A DNA stretch of 64,000 nt, from the NCBI GenBank assembly GCA_004022145.1, contig RCNU01000005.1; one strand, given 5' to 3'. The DNA comes from Paecilomyces variotii (taxonomy: Eukaryota). The first letter of the stretch is position 1. Each line of letters begins with the position of its first letter. The position numbers and the translations under genes are program-made. Below the pieces are notes generated by a model. That model searched no databases. It had not been told where the DNA came from and worked only from the letters and a program-made list of their open reading frames with translations. Positions 51,518 to 63,636 of the stretch are shown here, piece by piece.

Positions 51518-53070
51518 TAATTATGACATGATCAGTGGAGATATTGTTTTCTCTCTTTGTACTGTCTTAAGATTAGGATACGGTTGCTAGCAAATATAAT
51601 GCAAGAGATGCCTGTTCTTTGACTTCTCCAAAGCCCTAGCTACGTGGCAAGTTAGATTCCTTCCGTAGAAATACGATGAGACCCTGGCAAACATTACATT
51701 ATGAATAACGACTAGTTATTCTATTGCTTGGCGTATTTTGTGAGAATTTAATAGGCATACAAGAGCAACTGCCAAGGTCATGACGACGTTCCTTACAACA
51801 TCCGAGAAACCCTATAAGCAGAGAAAGAAAGAGACCGCAAAGGGAAACAGAAAGCCTCCAGTTTGAACTCCACAACCGTATCAATGGACCAACCCATGAG
51901 AATTCATGCCCTCCTAGCGCATCCGTCTCAGCCGCTAACATCATCTTCAAACGATGCTGAGGTGCGAGTCCCGCAGGTTGACATTTTGAATTCTTTGCGG
52001 CTCTTGAAGACTTGGTGGACGAGCATACAGACTGGCAGCTACCACGAGTGAGCACCAATCTGTCCAGAGACAGCATCCAGATGGCGCGTGTCAAACCTTT
52101 GGAGGGTTGTCTGAACATCAACCAGGTCCATTGTGAGATAGAGCCCGAATTCTCCAATGAGCAGGATGTAAAGCTAGACAGGTTCGTCAATGGGATCCCC
52201 TTGTGAGTTAGGAAAAGAAACAATGTTGGCGAGTACGGAGTGGCTTAATATCTCTATGCGATAATTTTCAAGCATACACACTAAAATGAAAGACGTTATA
52301 ACAAATTAGTAGGTCTATACATTACTCCTTTACCTTATCCAAGGGCCTAGATGGGTCGGTTGTACTTCTATATAGCTGGTTGCAGAATTGGCGCAAATCG
52401 TTATATTCTGTCATAGTTTCTGAGACTAAGATGGTCCGTGTAATTTACCAATATATATGTGATAATATACACCGCCCTGTACAAGTGGAACCTTGGACAT
52501 CCCAAAGCTTCCATGCAAACTGCTCAAACCTCTACTTACTACCGCTCACCACCACCACCACCACCACCACTACCTTCCTGTTCTCGTCCTTCCACCACTC
52601 ACAAAGGTCTTTATGTGGGAGTTCCAGCAGAACAACACAAATGGCATTACTTATCGTTATCTCTAGCTTGGCGGCATCAGTCCTCTGGCCTTAGATAGAT
52701 ACTTTGAGTGAGAACTAACGTGATATGTGCATCGTATTAGGCTGCACCTTGGTTGTACACCCCACCACCTGCCCCAAATACCTCCTCCAAACAACTATCC
52801 TAACGCTTACGCTGTACGCAAGGATATAGGTTGGTATCAATCTTTCATTACTAGCTATAGTTGGAGAAGCATAAGAGACGATAAGAGCTCTAATTTTCAC
52901 GCAGTGAAGTCCCTTTTAAAAATGTTCGATAAGCATACGTAAAAGTGACATCATGACTTGCCAATGCCACATTTAAATGTAGTATGATAAGTTTTATCGG
53001 AATTTTCATTTCAGCTTTGAAACCTCCGGTATATCTGTCAGTATGACCATGACTATAATAAGCCTCTTCT

Positions 53071-53652
53071 ATGTGCTCGCCAGAGATAGTTGAGAAGTTC
53101 AATGAATTGCTTACACCTGAGGAAGCATCTCAAATTTGCAATCAGTTTCACAGTGCCAGGTGGAAACATGGACGCCAGGTTATGTGGAGCGGTGTACCCC
53201 GCAGTTTGGTACAAACCTGGGCAGATAAGCATAGAATGCAAACATTGACAACGGCCATGGGGCCATTGATGGTTCACAGTGATCCACACTGTTTATGGTC
53301 CCGAAAATCAAGTAAAAGGTGGAGTAAGTATATGAAGGGTGCATCTGCTATGTACGCCTATCATATTGCTCAAAACAAGGAACCGGTCACTGTCCTCTCT
53401 CCGCCGCCTCCTGAGCAATATAATCCATACGGCGGATCAAACTATCAAACCCTCGAGGAGCCAATCCTGAAAGGAAAACTAGGGCCCAAGGTCGCACAGA
53501 TTGAAATGGTACATCCAACCGTACCCGGCGCTGAAGAATTCCACTATCGGATATGGCCAAATGACGAAACATTCTCATGGTATGAGAACTTTGGGCACCC
53601 TCATCCAGCTACACACTGGCGACGTGTAGTAGCTAGGCAAGCATTACGATAA
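53071..53652 (+). CDS. Hypothetical protein with ADP-ribosyl cyclase/NADase-like motif series
   Basis: Intact 193-aa ORF: VMWSGV...QTLTTAMG...YMKGASAMYAYHIA...VTVL...YNPYGGSNYQTLEEPIL...KVAQIEMVH. The CDS is well supported, but the function is inferred. Confidence 0.7.
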   Translation: MCSPEIVEKFNELLTPEEASQICNQFHSARWKHGRQVMWSGVPRSLVQTWADKHRMQTLTTAMGPLMVHSDPHCLWSRKSSKRWSKYMKGASAMYAYHIAQNKEPVTVLSPPPPEQYNPYGGSNYQTLEEPILKGKLGPKVAQIEMVHPTVPGAEEFHYRIWPNDETFSWYENFGHPHPATHWRRVVARQALR

Positions 53653-55222
53653 ACCCGCTATGTTGACGTCGAACTCTTTACAAAATGGTGGTGATTTCTC
53701 TTCTTAGTATGCGATTAACTTTGTATCAAATATGACGATCCATTTCCTCACCACCATGGTATAACGAGTTCAGGTTTCAAAATTGATCCATTTGATGACT
53801 ACTCAGGTCTGGTGTGAAGATAGTCCAAAAGCTATTTGACCAAACAGAATCAGATTGTCGTTATCTTTCATCCTTCAACTGAATCCCTGTTATCTACATC
53901 TCAAGGTTTCAGTGCGTGTGTTTTTTCTAGTACGTAGGGAATGGACTCACTAGTTTTATTGGATAGATTGCGATTGTAGGATAGATAATTTCTGGTACCT
54001 GAGGTACTCGACCCTGATAGTTTGGAACTGATTGCCATCCTTGACTCGCAGTAGCAACAAATGGATCATTCTTGAAACCTGAAAATCGATTCTTCGTGTA
54101 CTTCGTAGATCTAAATATACGCATGCCAAGAAGTCTCTAGAGAAGATATGACTTCATAGTGATGCAGGACGTTGTTCTATGGATCTTAATCATCTGCCGC
54201 ACACGTAGAAACCCTAGATGCAGGAGCAGCATCTTATGATGACCGTATATTTAAAATCATTATTGGATTTATGTCTTGTACAGCAGGGAAATCACGATAG
54301 CCGCATACTGGAGGTGGGAACCCCGAATAGACTCTTCATCAAATCCCTAGCAGTGCGTCTGGATAACATTTTATGAGTTTGCAGAGTAGACATGAGATCA
54401 CTGGGGATGAGAGTCATACATTAATATTCCTACCAAGACAGGCAATATTGACTACCGCGGCTGAACAGGCTGCGCCAAGAGCTATGATGCAAGAAAATGG
54501 AAGCGTATTCAACAATATGTATTTGAGATAAGCTGGGAGGTGCTGATCAAGCTAAAGAAGGCAGAGCATGAGATGCCCCGCCAAACAGTAGCGCGGCACT
54601 AGACTACGAGGAAGCCTTGTAGGAATTTTAACGCCGCACGCCACGAGGGCCGTAGAATAGAACTCCAGGCATCGGCCAACACAGGCCTTGACGAGGCTTG
54701 GTAGAGAATTTCCGAGTAGTCGACTTATTCTTACTATTTGTCATCTAGGATCTTACAGTACATTAAAAAGCATCCCCTTTTACTTACAGTCATTTGATCC
54801 TGTATGGTTCTTACTTGGCAAGGGCTATTGTATTGCCATCCCCGTCCAGCATTCAACGAGCCCTTGCCCAGGAAGGTGGGACGAAAAAGTGAACTTGGGA
54901 TTCAACGTTGGGAACCAGCTAAGAGCCAGGGCATCCCTCGATCTAATCCGAATCAATGCAATACGTACTCTACACCTGCTTGCCAATACATATCCAGTCT
55001 CCTACTGCATTGCTAGATAAAAATGCATAGAGCTTTTGCGCCCGAGTTTCTCAAAGTCAAGTGAACCGACCTCAATTTGAATCTACTCAACGTTTACCTA
55101 AAAGATCATATCCTTCTCATGTAACGTACTAGCTATTTTTTTACCAGTTGTCTTCCAGATTCTTCCCGGTAATGGTGTTATAATTTTCCCGAAGTGCCTC
55201 ACACTCACTACTATCATAATCA

Positions 55223-55450
55223 TCAAAGCAATCCCACCTTTCCGCTTCCGCTCTCTTCGTGGTTAGCCGGTCCTCCTTGTCTACTCAATATTAGCCGAAT
55301 CTCCAATACTCGTGGAATCCTATTCAGTATACCATAATGGACTTGCTCTGAATCAATTCTTTCAATAACAGCGGCTGGCGGGATTTTATGAAGACATAGA
55401 TATGTGCCACTGATATGCTGGTTCGCTTTATCGGGTAGTTCCAAACTAAG
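55223..55450 (-). pseudogene. 3' fragment of a hypothetical gene, truncated next to the transposase relic
   Basis: Open frame LGLSLELPDKANQHISGTYLCLHKIPPAAVIE that begins abruptly where the Tc1 relic starts. Confidence 0.35.
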
Positions 55451-55454
55451 ACCT

Positions 55455-55785
55455 AAGATAAAATAGCGGTATTCTTGTGGGATGAGTTCGATACTTCAGT
55501 GGCAACCGCCAGTAATGGGAGGGCACTTATGTCAGTAGGATAGTCTTAAAAAAGCAGCTCGTCGGATTGCCCAAGGGTGTAATACAGATTTGCGAGACTA
55601 CTATCTCCATAACCCGTCCGATTTTCGTTTGTACCATCTTGTTTATATCGATGAGTCGGGATGTGACAAACGGATTGGATTTAGGCGCACATCTTGGTTC
55701 CCTGTTGGAGTGACACCAGTAAAGGTCTCTCAGTTTCATCGAGAACAACGATATTAAATACTGCCTGCATATACACAAGACGGCG
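55455..55785 (+). mobile_element. Tc1/IS630-family DDE transposase relic
   Basis: IAVFLWDEF...KKAARRIAQGCNTDLRDYYLH...HLVYIDESGCDKRIGFRRTSWFPVGVTPVKVSQFHREQRY*ILPAYTQDG. The first catalytic D is in YIDES. It carries stops and a frameshift. Confidence 0.88.
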
Positions 55786-55887
55786 GATGTGGGGTAATAA
55801 ATGGCTCATGTTTCATGCTGAAACAACTATCACAAAATAACAGTACTGGGAAGTGTATAGCTACATACAACGTGCCTGTGGGCGACA

Positions 55888-57129
55888 TCACTCATGCCAC
55901 AGGATGCTGCTCAACCCCATCCATTGACCAGGCTCTGGCATCCGTCCGACCTGCAGAGAGGCTACTTCCTTCAGTAATTCTCCAGTGTTCAAATTTCTCT
56001 TTAGAATCACGACGTTCGACGTCTCTTGATTAGCTACTGCTATATAATCTCCTTTCTTATTAATCGCAAGCGCCCGAGGCATGACGCCTCCTGATGAGAT
56101 GAGTGATCCCTCCCGAGAGATCGTTCCATCTGATGCAAGCTTAAGCGTCACTAGAGAGTCATTCCCGTCAAATAGACCATCCTTCCTCACAGAAATATGT
56201 AGACTTTGCTTATCAGCCTGTATTTCAGATAGGGTAGCTAGGTTTGTGGGGAGCTTATGACCTGGATAAGGAATAAAACAGCTCAATTCCTTAAATGTCG
56301 GGCAAAGACCATCTCTGTATGACACATCAAACGAGCACAGACGGTTGCCTAGCTCTTCCACTATGTAAAGTGTAGTCTTTCCTTCCTGCATGGTTTCTGC
56401 AGAGCGTATGAACAGTCCAAATCTGGGTCCGCTTCCTTCTTGGTAAGCAATTGGGTCACATGCGTTTAGTTTGCCTGTCTCCTTGTCTATTAAAAAAACA
56501 CGAACCAAATCCGCACCTAAATCAGGTGACACAAGGAATGAAGTCGTGGGATCAAGAAGGACTTGATGGGGACGTGACTGGTCCTGAGGGGCATCGCCAG
56601 GATTGTGGAGGGTAAAATTCAACACCTCATAGGGTCTCACTTCTTGTTTGTCTCCGAATGGGATCTCCCATGTGGAAATTGACGTGCCCCCACTATATAT
56701 GTAGTTAGTATCAAAAAGACATTGCTAGTTTTGTAGGAGGAAGAGGAAAGCGACGTACTAGTGTGCAATAGCCAAATAATTTTTGTTATTCTGTCCAGGA
56801 TAGATGATGCTATTAACACCACCGCTGGGAGCAGCAACTCGTACCAGCTCCTTCATGGCTCCCTCATTTCCAATCTCTAATGAGGTCAAAGTCCCCGGCG
56901 ACGACTCGTCAGAGCACCATAAGAGTCCACGTTCGGGGTCGACCGTGAGCCAACTCGGGGCTTTACCGCATGTCTGCAACACTTGAATCTGTTTGAGAGA
57001 AACATCATCGCCCTCACCCTCAAGCGAGAGTTTGTAGACGTTACCGTCATAGTGGGTTGCGTAGAGCGTCACAGCCATTGAGAAAGTGGACAGTGCCAGG
57101 GGGAGCATCAACAAACTTCGCAGAGCCAT
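55888..57129 (-). CDS. Secreted lactonase, 7-bladed beta-propeller (6-phosphogluconolactonase/muconate-lactonizing-enzyme-like), 2 exons
   Basis: Signal peptide, then LYATHYDG, PSWL, QSRPHQVLLDPT, PDLGADLVRVF, GSGPRF, SGGVMPR and VANQETSNV. The intron at ~56758-56693 restores the frame (HYGGTSISTW). Confidence 0.9.
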
Positions 57130-57757
57130 TTGCCGATTCTGTGGCTAATATCACACTTTTTGACCGATTTGGGCAGGATAGTGGTCTTACACGATACAAA
57201 AGGAGATAAAATGTGCTTGGTGCACGCAAATCTTATAGGACGAGTAGAGGAAGTCTGTGCTGATGACCAGGATTGAGAGTAAAAGGTGTGTGAGGGGAGA
57301 TAAATATTCATCTGCATAGCTTACAGGATCACAGTGACGGACTTCCGAAACCGCTGGTCACACCTTTTTTACTGTTCGTCTATTTGGCAAGTCTTGTGGG
57401 CAACAACTTTGGGCGATGGCGGATCTGCTCTGACAACAGAGCAAATAGATGTGATATCAACTCATGCTGCTGTGAATAAGATAGGCCCTTATTTATCGAT
57501 TACCACCGTTCTCTTCTCTGCTTTGTAATTCACCTATCCCACCAACGCGTACAGTGCGTACTATGAAGAGAGCCTCATTAAGAATCGAGTTGGTCTTGAT
57601 ATTAGGCCAATCATCAGTCGTCACTGTAGGAACTCGATGGTGTTAGTGGGAAGAGGCGGGAAAGGCACCATTTTTGGGACATGGGATAAACAGGCTGTCG
57701 TAAGATGCCACCACTGTCGGCTCCTCTCTGGAATCAATCAAGAGGGAATGTTTCGTG

Positions 57758-58225
57758 GCGGGTCACAGTTGAACGGGGTCCAAAAAAATCTCGGCGGTGC
57801 TCAAAGTTCTGCCACCGCCCCTGTCACCGCCTCTGAACCCCGTTCAAGTTTTTCCGTGTATAGACTCAACGGGGGCCAAGCTTACATAAGTATATTTTTG
57901 AACCCCGTTCAGCAAATGTAAAATCTTGGCAAATAAAAAAAATTTAAATTTAAATTTTATTAAAAATATTTTAAAAGAATATATTATCTATTTCTATTTA
58001 CTAAAATCTATAGAATTTCAAATTAGATAAAATTTAGTTTAACCGGGGCTTAAAAATATATTATATATATGTTGAACGGGGCTCAAAAATCTACTATGCA
58101 TATGTTGAACGGGGTTCAAAATTTCTGGGATTCCGCCACTGCCTCTTGAACCCCGTTCAGGTTTTTCCGGATTCCGTGTTGAGCACCGCCAAGCTTTTTT
58201 TGAACCCTGTTCAACTGTGTGTCCC
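57758..58225. mobile_element. Non-autonomous TIR element (MULE- or hAT-like MITE), ~470 bp
   Basis: TIRs CACAGTTGAACGGGGTCCAAAAAAATCTCGGCGGTGCTCAA and (rc) CACAGTTGAACAGGGTTCAAAAAAGCTTGGCGGTGCTCAA. The TTGAACGGGG motif recurs internally around an AT-rich core. A direct repeat TTTCGTG flanks it (57751, 58226). Confidence 0.8.
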
Positions 58226-58907
58226 TTTCGTGAATGAACCATTGACGGGCGCAACGCTGAGTCATTGGACGCCCACGCCCTGAACACTAGCGCCTTCAGC
58301 CCGGACTGCAAATGACGTATCTCTATTGGATAACATCTGACGCCCCGCTTCAGCGCTCGAGCCTCCCATGGCCATCGAATTACTCTGAAAATGGTCTGTT
58401 TCCAAGAGATTATATTGTGAAAATGCACATTACATTGCATCAGCTCACCGTATCACCACCTAGCTTCCAGTTCCTACTGTTTAAAAGAGAGCTGAACGGA
58501 CTCTTATCTCATCTAGTAGGAGGAGGCATGCTTGTGTGAATGAATACGATATATTTTAGTCCTTGAACCTAAGAATATGTTGGCCTCCAATCGCTCCTAG
58601 CCTCTGGAAGCAATCTTCAAGTGAACATAATCTTGAAGTATAGGTGTATATATAGTTATCCCAAGTCGGCGAGACTCCCAGCTCTTGTATCTCAGTAACG
58701 GCAAACCTGGGACCCAGAAGGACGTACGCTGCTAGCCATACAGCCGATCTGGCCTGAAGCCCCAGTGAAAGATCGGACCAGGGCTTTAAGCCGATATCAG
58801 CCATAGACTCGTGGTCTGATCACCTAGAAGGTCGGAGGGGATGGAGCAGAGGCCCAATGTGGTAGGCTCAGACACCGATGACCTTTGTAGTAAGGTCGAG
58901 TGCCAAA

Positions 58908-58974
58908 GTCTAGTGATAGAAGATCGAGTGCGAAGGTCTAGTGATAGAAGATCGAGTGCGAAGGTCTAGTGATA
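58908..58974 (+). repeat. 28-bp tandem duplication (2.4 copies)
   Basis: GTCTAGTGATAGAAGATCGAGTGCGAAG x2 plus GTCTAGTGATA. Confidence 0.9.
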
Positions 58975-59171
58975 TAGTACCAGAAGCGCCAGACCTTGTG
59001 CTTCGGACCTACTTCATCATAGGGCGCCGGTCGTACGACCACCATGGACGAAGGACCGCCAACTGGCGTCCACAGCGGTTGCCAGGCCCAGACAGTCGTC
59101 TGCCTACATGTTTGCGGCCCTTCTCGTCTCCCGACTGCCCCAATGTAATGGAGGAAGGAAGATGCTTGGCC

Positions 59172-62100
59172 TTATAGTTCCATGTCGCGTGCGATCGACC
59201 TCATCGTGTCTTCGTCCATCGCAAGCTCCCCCCCGAAGTGCATAAAAATGGTATTGGCGTCATCCTCAATGGCTGCCTTGAAGCACTGTGCGGGCGTAAG
59301 CAGCCGCAGATTCTTATCGTAGAACGTTGCCTGCCGGTTCCTCGCTTCTTTTCTCGCCACCCGTTCTACTTGCGATGGATCCGACCGATCAACGACCACC
59401 TCGTGCGCCGTCGTCCAACGCCCATCGTTTTCTCGGACCCGGAACACGATCGTCACGGGCTGAGGAGTTGCCTCTGCCGGATGGGGCCGCACAACCTGCG
59501 CCCGCCGAGCGACGATCCGAGGCGTGAGTTTTTTGCGGTTGCGTCGCTCGCTCACACTCGAGGTGGGTGCACTGGTCGCCGTCGGAGCTGGATCCTCCGG
59601 CGTTCGAACGGGATCGGCCAATGCAGTGCCGGCGTTGGTTTTCACCCGCTTTCCAGGTTGGTCCTGCCCACGTGCTGGCTCATCACCGCCAACAGCCCGA
59701 AGCGGTGCTATAGACGCGACAAGCTGCCGGGTCACCACGAGGTCCCTTCCAAAACTCATCAGGACGGTGAAACTACCATCGTCAATCGCAGCGCGAATGC
59801 ACTCATCAACCGCAACTTTGCGGAGTTGGCCATCGTAGAAACGTGCATTCCGGTTGGGGTCCCGTGCATATCCGTCGGCAAGAATCTGCGCCTCAGCAAG
59901 GTGATCAGGGCTCACAGACACCACATCCGTAGTGCTCCATTGACTTCGCTCGTAGACCTGGAAGGTTATCGTGACCCACCGCTGGGTCTCTGCCATCCCT
60001 TGGGAGTCCGCTTCTTCCAACGGATGCGGAGTATCAAACAGGGAATCCTCCTCTTCCTGTCTGTCAATCGCTTCGCGATGAGCCTGTTCCGGATCGGGTG
60101 TATTGGCTGGGTATCGTTCGGTGTCCAGTGGAGAGGGGCCCGCGTCAGCAGCACCGGTCAAGTTTTCATCCCCATCATCACTATTCCATAATTCATCTGC
60201 GATGGCGGCATCCCGAGTTCCTGCCCGATTAAGATCCTGATGCGTCGGTCGGTTCTTCGCCCGCAGTTTCCGCACGCCATCTGGTTTGCGTGGTTGCGGA
60301 CCGGTTCTCAGGCGCGGACGGGGAGACCGTGGGACATTCTCATCGTCCCGCGGACTACCACGCGAGCTCTCCATCGCACAGGGCACGGGGGGTTCAGGAC
60401 GTGGCGGAGCAACTCCAGTGCCCGGTTCCGGATGTCCCTGCGTTGAATGATTGGCAAGGGGTACACTGTCATCCTCCAGCTGGCTTCCCTCGTCCCGCAA
60501 TCGTGTAATCAAGTCCGGCAAGTCCAGGGGAAGCTCAGTCACAGGCCGGGGGATAGCCCCAGGCGTTTGTAGCTGATTAAGAGCATCTGCGCGTTCCCGG
60601 GCGACTAGATCTTCTTGGGATTCGTCACCCGCTCCGGTGATGAGCTCCGTTCCGGGCGGAATTTGCTCTCCGACTGTTCCTTGCACAGCTTCAGCTGGGA
60701 ATGGTCCTCCAGAAATATGCTCCGGGCCTTCCGGCTGGTCGACCGACCGAGTTACTTCCAGCTCCGTGTGCTCTGCGATGGGTTGCAACGGACCAAATCC
60801 AGGCCGTTGCTCCGCGCTTGGTTCCGAGTTACGCACTGAGAGGATTGTTGGTGACTGAACACTTGACTGGCGTGGTAATGTAGCTGGCATACCAGCACAA
60901 TCTTCCACCGACTCGGATTGGGTCAGTGTGGATGAACCCATTTCCATAACCCCGTTCACTGCATCTGCTCCTTCGTCTGGTACGCTGGACATATCCGTAT
61001 CGTGTGGCGCCCCTGAAGTCGAAGGAACCACAACGGCTGTGCCCCCCACCCCAGGACTCCCAGCCTCTGATCGGTTACGTAGGTCATCTTCATCGATCTC
61101 CGTATCTTCCGGTTCCTCACTGTCAGAATCCATTCCTCTGCTACCTGCCGGCGGTTGTTCGGCAATCTGCCGTCGAATCGGATGTTCTGCGTCAGACCTT
61201 TCGCAATCCGTATCCATGATCTCAGAGATAGTAGACGCCGCTCTGATGGAACTTGGTATGGAAGGCTCTTGGGGATGAGGTGGGACGTGCTCCACCACCG
61301 GCTGTCTGTCTTGATGTCGATGCCATCGATCTCCTTGCCTCTGATGTTGCTCTTCGGGGGTGTCCGAACGATCCTGACGGCCATGGAATGCCGCCTCATC
61401 AAAGCCGTCTCTCGACATATTGTCGTAGGCTGGTTCCGACTCTGATCTCGGAACATCGCTGGGGATAAATAATGGTGAAAGAGGCTCGTGGGACGATGGC
61501 GGCCCCAGAGAAGCACGTGGGGTGGTTGCTGGGGTCGGCTTGCCGAAAAACGCGTAGTAAACGCTTCGTCTCACCTCCAGCGATGAGAGGTTTCTTTGCG
61601 ACACCGTTGCCGAGTGTAGAGTGTCAAAGAAGATATGCGGGCGGTCTAGTTGCTGGGTTTGCTCCTGAGGCACTCCACAGCGCTCCTTTAGCTGGATTGC
61701 CCATCCAGTGGTATGCGCCACCGGTGCGGCCTCGTTGGGGATAGCGAGCGCAAAACAACCAGCAATCTGCTCGACAAGAGACTCAAAGGTCTCACGGTCA
61801 TAGTGGTAGTGGTCCGGCTTCCGCGCTTTGAGCAGGGCAGCCCGGGCAATCTGGTGGTCAGGTGATTGTCGTAAGATCGCCTTAATTGGTGGAGTACGAA
61901 ATCCCAGCTTCTTGGCAAGAGTGGCCATTCCATGAATCACGCCCTCGTCCGCCCTCGCTCGTGCCTTTGCCCGCGTGGGATTAGCCTTTGGGCCGCACTG
62001 GAGATCCTTGGCCATGTCCGGGTAGTGTCGCATCGCGTACATCCAGATTTGACGATAACCAGAGGATATACGTTCACCCCTGGATCCAGGCAGTCGGCGA

Positions 62101-63338
62101 AAAGAAGTCTCCGATGTCTGGATTAGACAAGACCCGTTAGAGCGACGGGATCGAAAGCTATGGACTAGCGCGCTTCGCACGGTCAGCTGTTGCTTGTTTA
62201 AAACAACCAGCCGTTTCACGGAGTTGGCACAGAGTTCCAGGTAGGAAATATCGCGGAAAAACGTATGAAGGGATGGGATGATGCCGTCGCACATTTCATG
62301 GCTCCGGATCTTCTTCCATATTGCCCTACGTTCGGACCGGCTAAAGTTGGAGAAGACCTCCCCGCCGAGGATTTTCCCCTTTACCGTCGTCCGATCAACT
62401 TTAGACGCACGAGGAGCGTAAAGCTGCAGGGTGTCAACGGTGTGGAGGTCAATAAGGGCCATCCGAGTGCGGTCATGGTTGACAAGGGTTGCCCAAAAAT
62501 TCTTCACATGTGTCAAGTAGTGAATGAGTTCCTAAGACAATAAGTCAGGAAAAGCCTGCAGATAGCGACGAGTGCGACCAACTTCATCACACTTTAAAGC
62601 CAGGACTGTGTTTAATAACCCAAGGCTCATCCCATTCCAGAGCCCGGGGATCACAAGTAACGCGTCAAATGCTGCACAGAGATGTGTTTTATCTGGGGAA
62701 GTGAGCTGCCTCAGCCGCTTGGCTTTGTTCGGCGATAGTCGGGTCCACCAACGATTCTGAAAGAGCGCGTTCGCCTCCTGCTGATACTGGCGGATTTTCC
62801 GGTACACTTCTCCATCAGTGGGAGCCTTTTCATTTGCATATTCATCGATGAGTGCCGTCCTTAGGTCACGGCTTATGTCTGCAAGAGAGGATTAGTATGC
62901 ATTGGGAAATTACGCTTGTGAAATCAGACCATCCAGATATATGTCCACCGTCCACCACCGGTCTGAGGGAGGTAAGGTTTCCTCAGCAGCTTTCAATCTA
63001 TGTTGCCCATGGAGGCATTGTATTTGATGCCCACGAAAAAGAAGGCGGGGGTATTGCGGTGGACAAGTTTTAAGTTCTTCGGGGGTCAGGCCTGCAGCAC
63101 GGCATGCTCTGTCGAGGTGCTTCTTGGAGACAACAGCAGTCACGTGGTTTCGAATGTCAAGACGTTGGCACCCATCCTTGGCAAAGATATCACGTAATCG
63201 TTCCACGTTCTTCTGGTCAATCTCACGGCTCACGAGTGGCTGGAGGGAGATTTGGTTCAGGTCGATCTTGGCGGTGCCTTGGTACTTTAGGAGTCGTTCT
63301 ACGGTTAATCGCCGTTCGGTATCTGTCAACAAATCCAT
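59172..63338 (-). CDS. DUF3723-family protein (Starship auxiliary gene), ~1354 aa, introns 62929-62879 and 62582-62532
   Basis: ParB-like N-terminus (KNVERLRDIF...CQRLDIRNHV...CLHGQHRLKAA...WWTVDIY), then DEYANEKAPTDGEVYRKIR, FDALLVIPGLW, IPSLHTFFRDISYL and YRQIWMYAMRHY. A long disordered region follows. Both introns restore the frame. Confidence 0.88.
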
Positions 63339-63636
63339 AGCTTTTAAGTTCACAAGTGACTTCGGCCTTTGTTTGTCGATGCTCGGAGGTTAGACAGAGC
63401 TATTTATGTTCAACTAAGTTGACATTATGTGGTACTTGCTTGTACACTTACTGGGGTCGTTGCGGGTTCAGCGCTGAAGCGCTGAAGCGCCAATTTCCCC
63501 ACACATCAGCGAATCCCTCTTTGAAAGACCTTTTTTTTTTCCATAAAGGAGGCCGCTATCCGAAACGGAACCAGGAATATTCATCATCTTGATTTCCCAT
63601 AACAGCTCATCTCTCTGATTGAAGGCATCACATACC

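Noticed and set aside
58908-58974. 28-bp repeat as CRISPR or element terminus
   Set aside because: It is a simple head-to-tail duplication without spacers.
59238-62543. Many plus-strand ORFs (up to 317 aa)
   Set aside because: These are antisense shadows of the GC-rich DUF3723 coding sequence.
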